Positions 63,012 to 64,000 of a stretch of 64,000 nucleotides of DNA are shown here, one piece after another. The notes under the pieces were generated by a model. That model was not told the origin of the DNA and did not search any database. It saw nothing but the letters and a program-made list of their open reading frames with translations. The stretch comes from Lacticaseibacillus nasuensis JCM 17158 (GTDB lineage Bacteria > Bacillota > Bacilli > Lactobacillales > Lactobacillaceae): positions 140,542 through 204,541 of the forward strand of contig NZ_AZDJ01000013.1 of assembly GCF_001434705.1 (NCBI RefSeq), in the 5' to 3' direction. Made by a program: the position numbers and the translations under genes. Within the stretch, counting starts at the first letter, position 1. Every line of letters begins with the position of its first letter.

Positions 63012-63971
63012 TTAATTTCCTGCCGCCTCATCAAGAGGATCGGCTAAGGTCAGAATTGATTTCGTTTGACTCGGTGGATAAGGGGCGTTTTCTGGGGCAA
63101 AATAGTCCATTGCGACAATTGTGCCATACATGGTGCGACCCCCAGCTGGAACCTTGACCCGGTCACCGACTGCAAAATTGGCCGTTGCCAAGTAACTATA
63201 CGGATTCTCGCCATGATGAAAGACAACTTGTGCGTACAATAAATCTCCTGGCTGGGGCCGGCGGCGATTAAACACGCGCGCATCGAGCATATTCGGCGCA
63301 AACTCTTTGAGCCAACGCTGTAACTCGCCAGCAAAATCATTCCACCCATAAATGGGCGCTTCGGTTGACAACGTACCGCTGGCAAACTCGGGACTCGCAT
63401 AGCGGTAACGCATGGTCACCTGTAACTCGGACGCATTTTTGCTTGGTGTAGAATCAAATTCATTTTCGGCTAACGATTCCTCGAGCTCGTCCAGCAGATC
63501 ACCCACGGTCTCTGCCGTAATGGCGAGCTTAACCCGGGTGGCGCCATGCTGCTGCGTTAAGGATACCGTATGGCTCCGACGGTCGATGACAAGTTGCTCA
63601 CGCGTGGTGGCGTCTGGTTCGTACTTCACCACTAAACGTTGGATAAGGTCGGGCGCGCCATCAAATAACAAGAGCTCACGAAATGGTAACACTGCTCGAA
63701 TTTGCTCCGAAAGTTCGGTATCACCGCCTAGCAGCAACGAGCCCTGCGCTGTTGCCTGACCACCGGCCCCCTTGATGGTGATGCGCCAGGTACCGACGTC
63801 GGTGGCCAGGGGCACTTGGTCGATGTCATCGGCGAGTGTGGTCAGTACCGGTAGAATTTTCTGCAATCGCTCCGAACTCACCGCGATAGTTTGCGTCGTC
63901 GTGTGGCCGCTACCGAAATGATTAACGAGGGTGACCGCTTTGGGCAACTTGATGGTCAGCGTTTGGCTCAC
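63012..63971 (-). CDS. hypothetical two-domain cytosolic protein, 319 aa
   Basis: GTG start; MSQTLTIKLPKAVTLVNHFGSG...; C-terminal ~80 aa beta-rich segment (VVFHHGENPYSYLATANFAVGDRVKVPAGGRTMYGTIVAMDYF); no confident family. Confidence 0.55.
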   Translation of the reverse strand: MSQTLTIKLPKAVTLVNHFGSGHTTTQTIAVSSERLQKILPVLTTLADDIDQVPLATDVGTWRITIKGAGGQATAQGSLLLGGDTELSEQIRAVLPFRELLLFDGAPDLIQRLVVKYEPDATTREQLVIDRRSHTVSLTQQHGATRVKLAITAETVGDLLDELEESLAENEFDSTPSKNASELQVTMRYRYASPEFASGTLSTEAPIYGWNDFAGELQRWLKEFAPNMLDARVFNRRRPQPGDLLYAQVVFHHGENPYSYLATANFAVGDRVKVPAGGRTMYGTIVAMDYFAPENAPYPPSQTKSILTLADPLDEAAGN

Positions 63972-63976
63972 CAGCG

Positions 63977-64000
63977 TTAGCGCATGCGGCGATAAACCAA
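63977..64000 (-). CDS. 3' end of an upstream minus-strand gene (..LVYRRMR*), body outside window
   Basis: TAA at 63977-63979 on minus strand, 5 nt before the GTG start of the next gene. Confidence 0.3.
   Translation of the reverse strand: MVYRRMR

Overview
64-kb chromosomal window from a high-GC (~60%) Firmicutes genome, Lactobacillales/Lactobacillaceae-like by gene content and synteny. It is mostly core housekeeping genes. In order: the 3' end of a D-2-hydroxyacid dehydrogenase; a small Sm-like protein; a cytochrome-b5-like protein; a TetR regulator; topA-trmFO; a T-box-controlled glyQ-glyS followed by dnaG-sigA; xerC-hslV-hslU; an aldose epimerase; plsY (minus strand); parE-parC; pflB-pflA with a LysR regulator; and ppaC. 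An AT-rich, ORF-poor 640-bp stretch follows, then a lower-GC three-gene islet of uncharacterised, mostly membrane proteins on the minus strand. After that come Cof-HAD, NUDIX and DegV genes (minus strand) and rqcH (plus strand). The complete minus-strand block fhs-lspA-rluD-pyrR-pyrP-pyrB-pyrC-carA-carB-pyrF-pyrE carries a PyrR attenuator. The rest is an RNase H-like gene, a nitroreductase, cardiolipin synthase, nrdH-nrdE-nrdF (no nrdI), two tandem diverged pepO genes, an MFS transporter, and a minus-strand operon trmK-nif3-(small disordered tail-anchored protein)-nfeD-floA. No rRNA, tRNA, CRISPR array, transposase or prophage genes were recognised. The most unusual part is the 26.8-29.1 kb AT-rich region and adjacent islet. 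Its GC drops from about 60% to about 30-50% and it has no recognisable function. It contains a promoter driving a tiny split hydrophobic ORF, perfect palindromes, and three co-oriented hypothetical genes including a YcxB-like protein. Other points worth a look are the Sm/Hfq-like 75-aa protein, strong hairpins around nrdH, and an unannotated low-complexity tail-anchored ORF in the flotillin operon. Many long antisense ORFs in the track are GC-driven shadows of real genes and were rejected.
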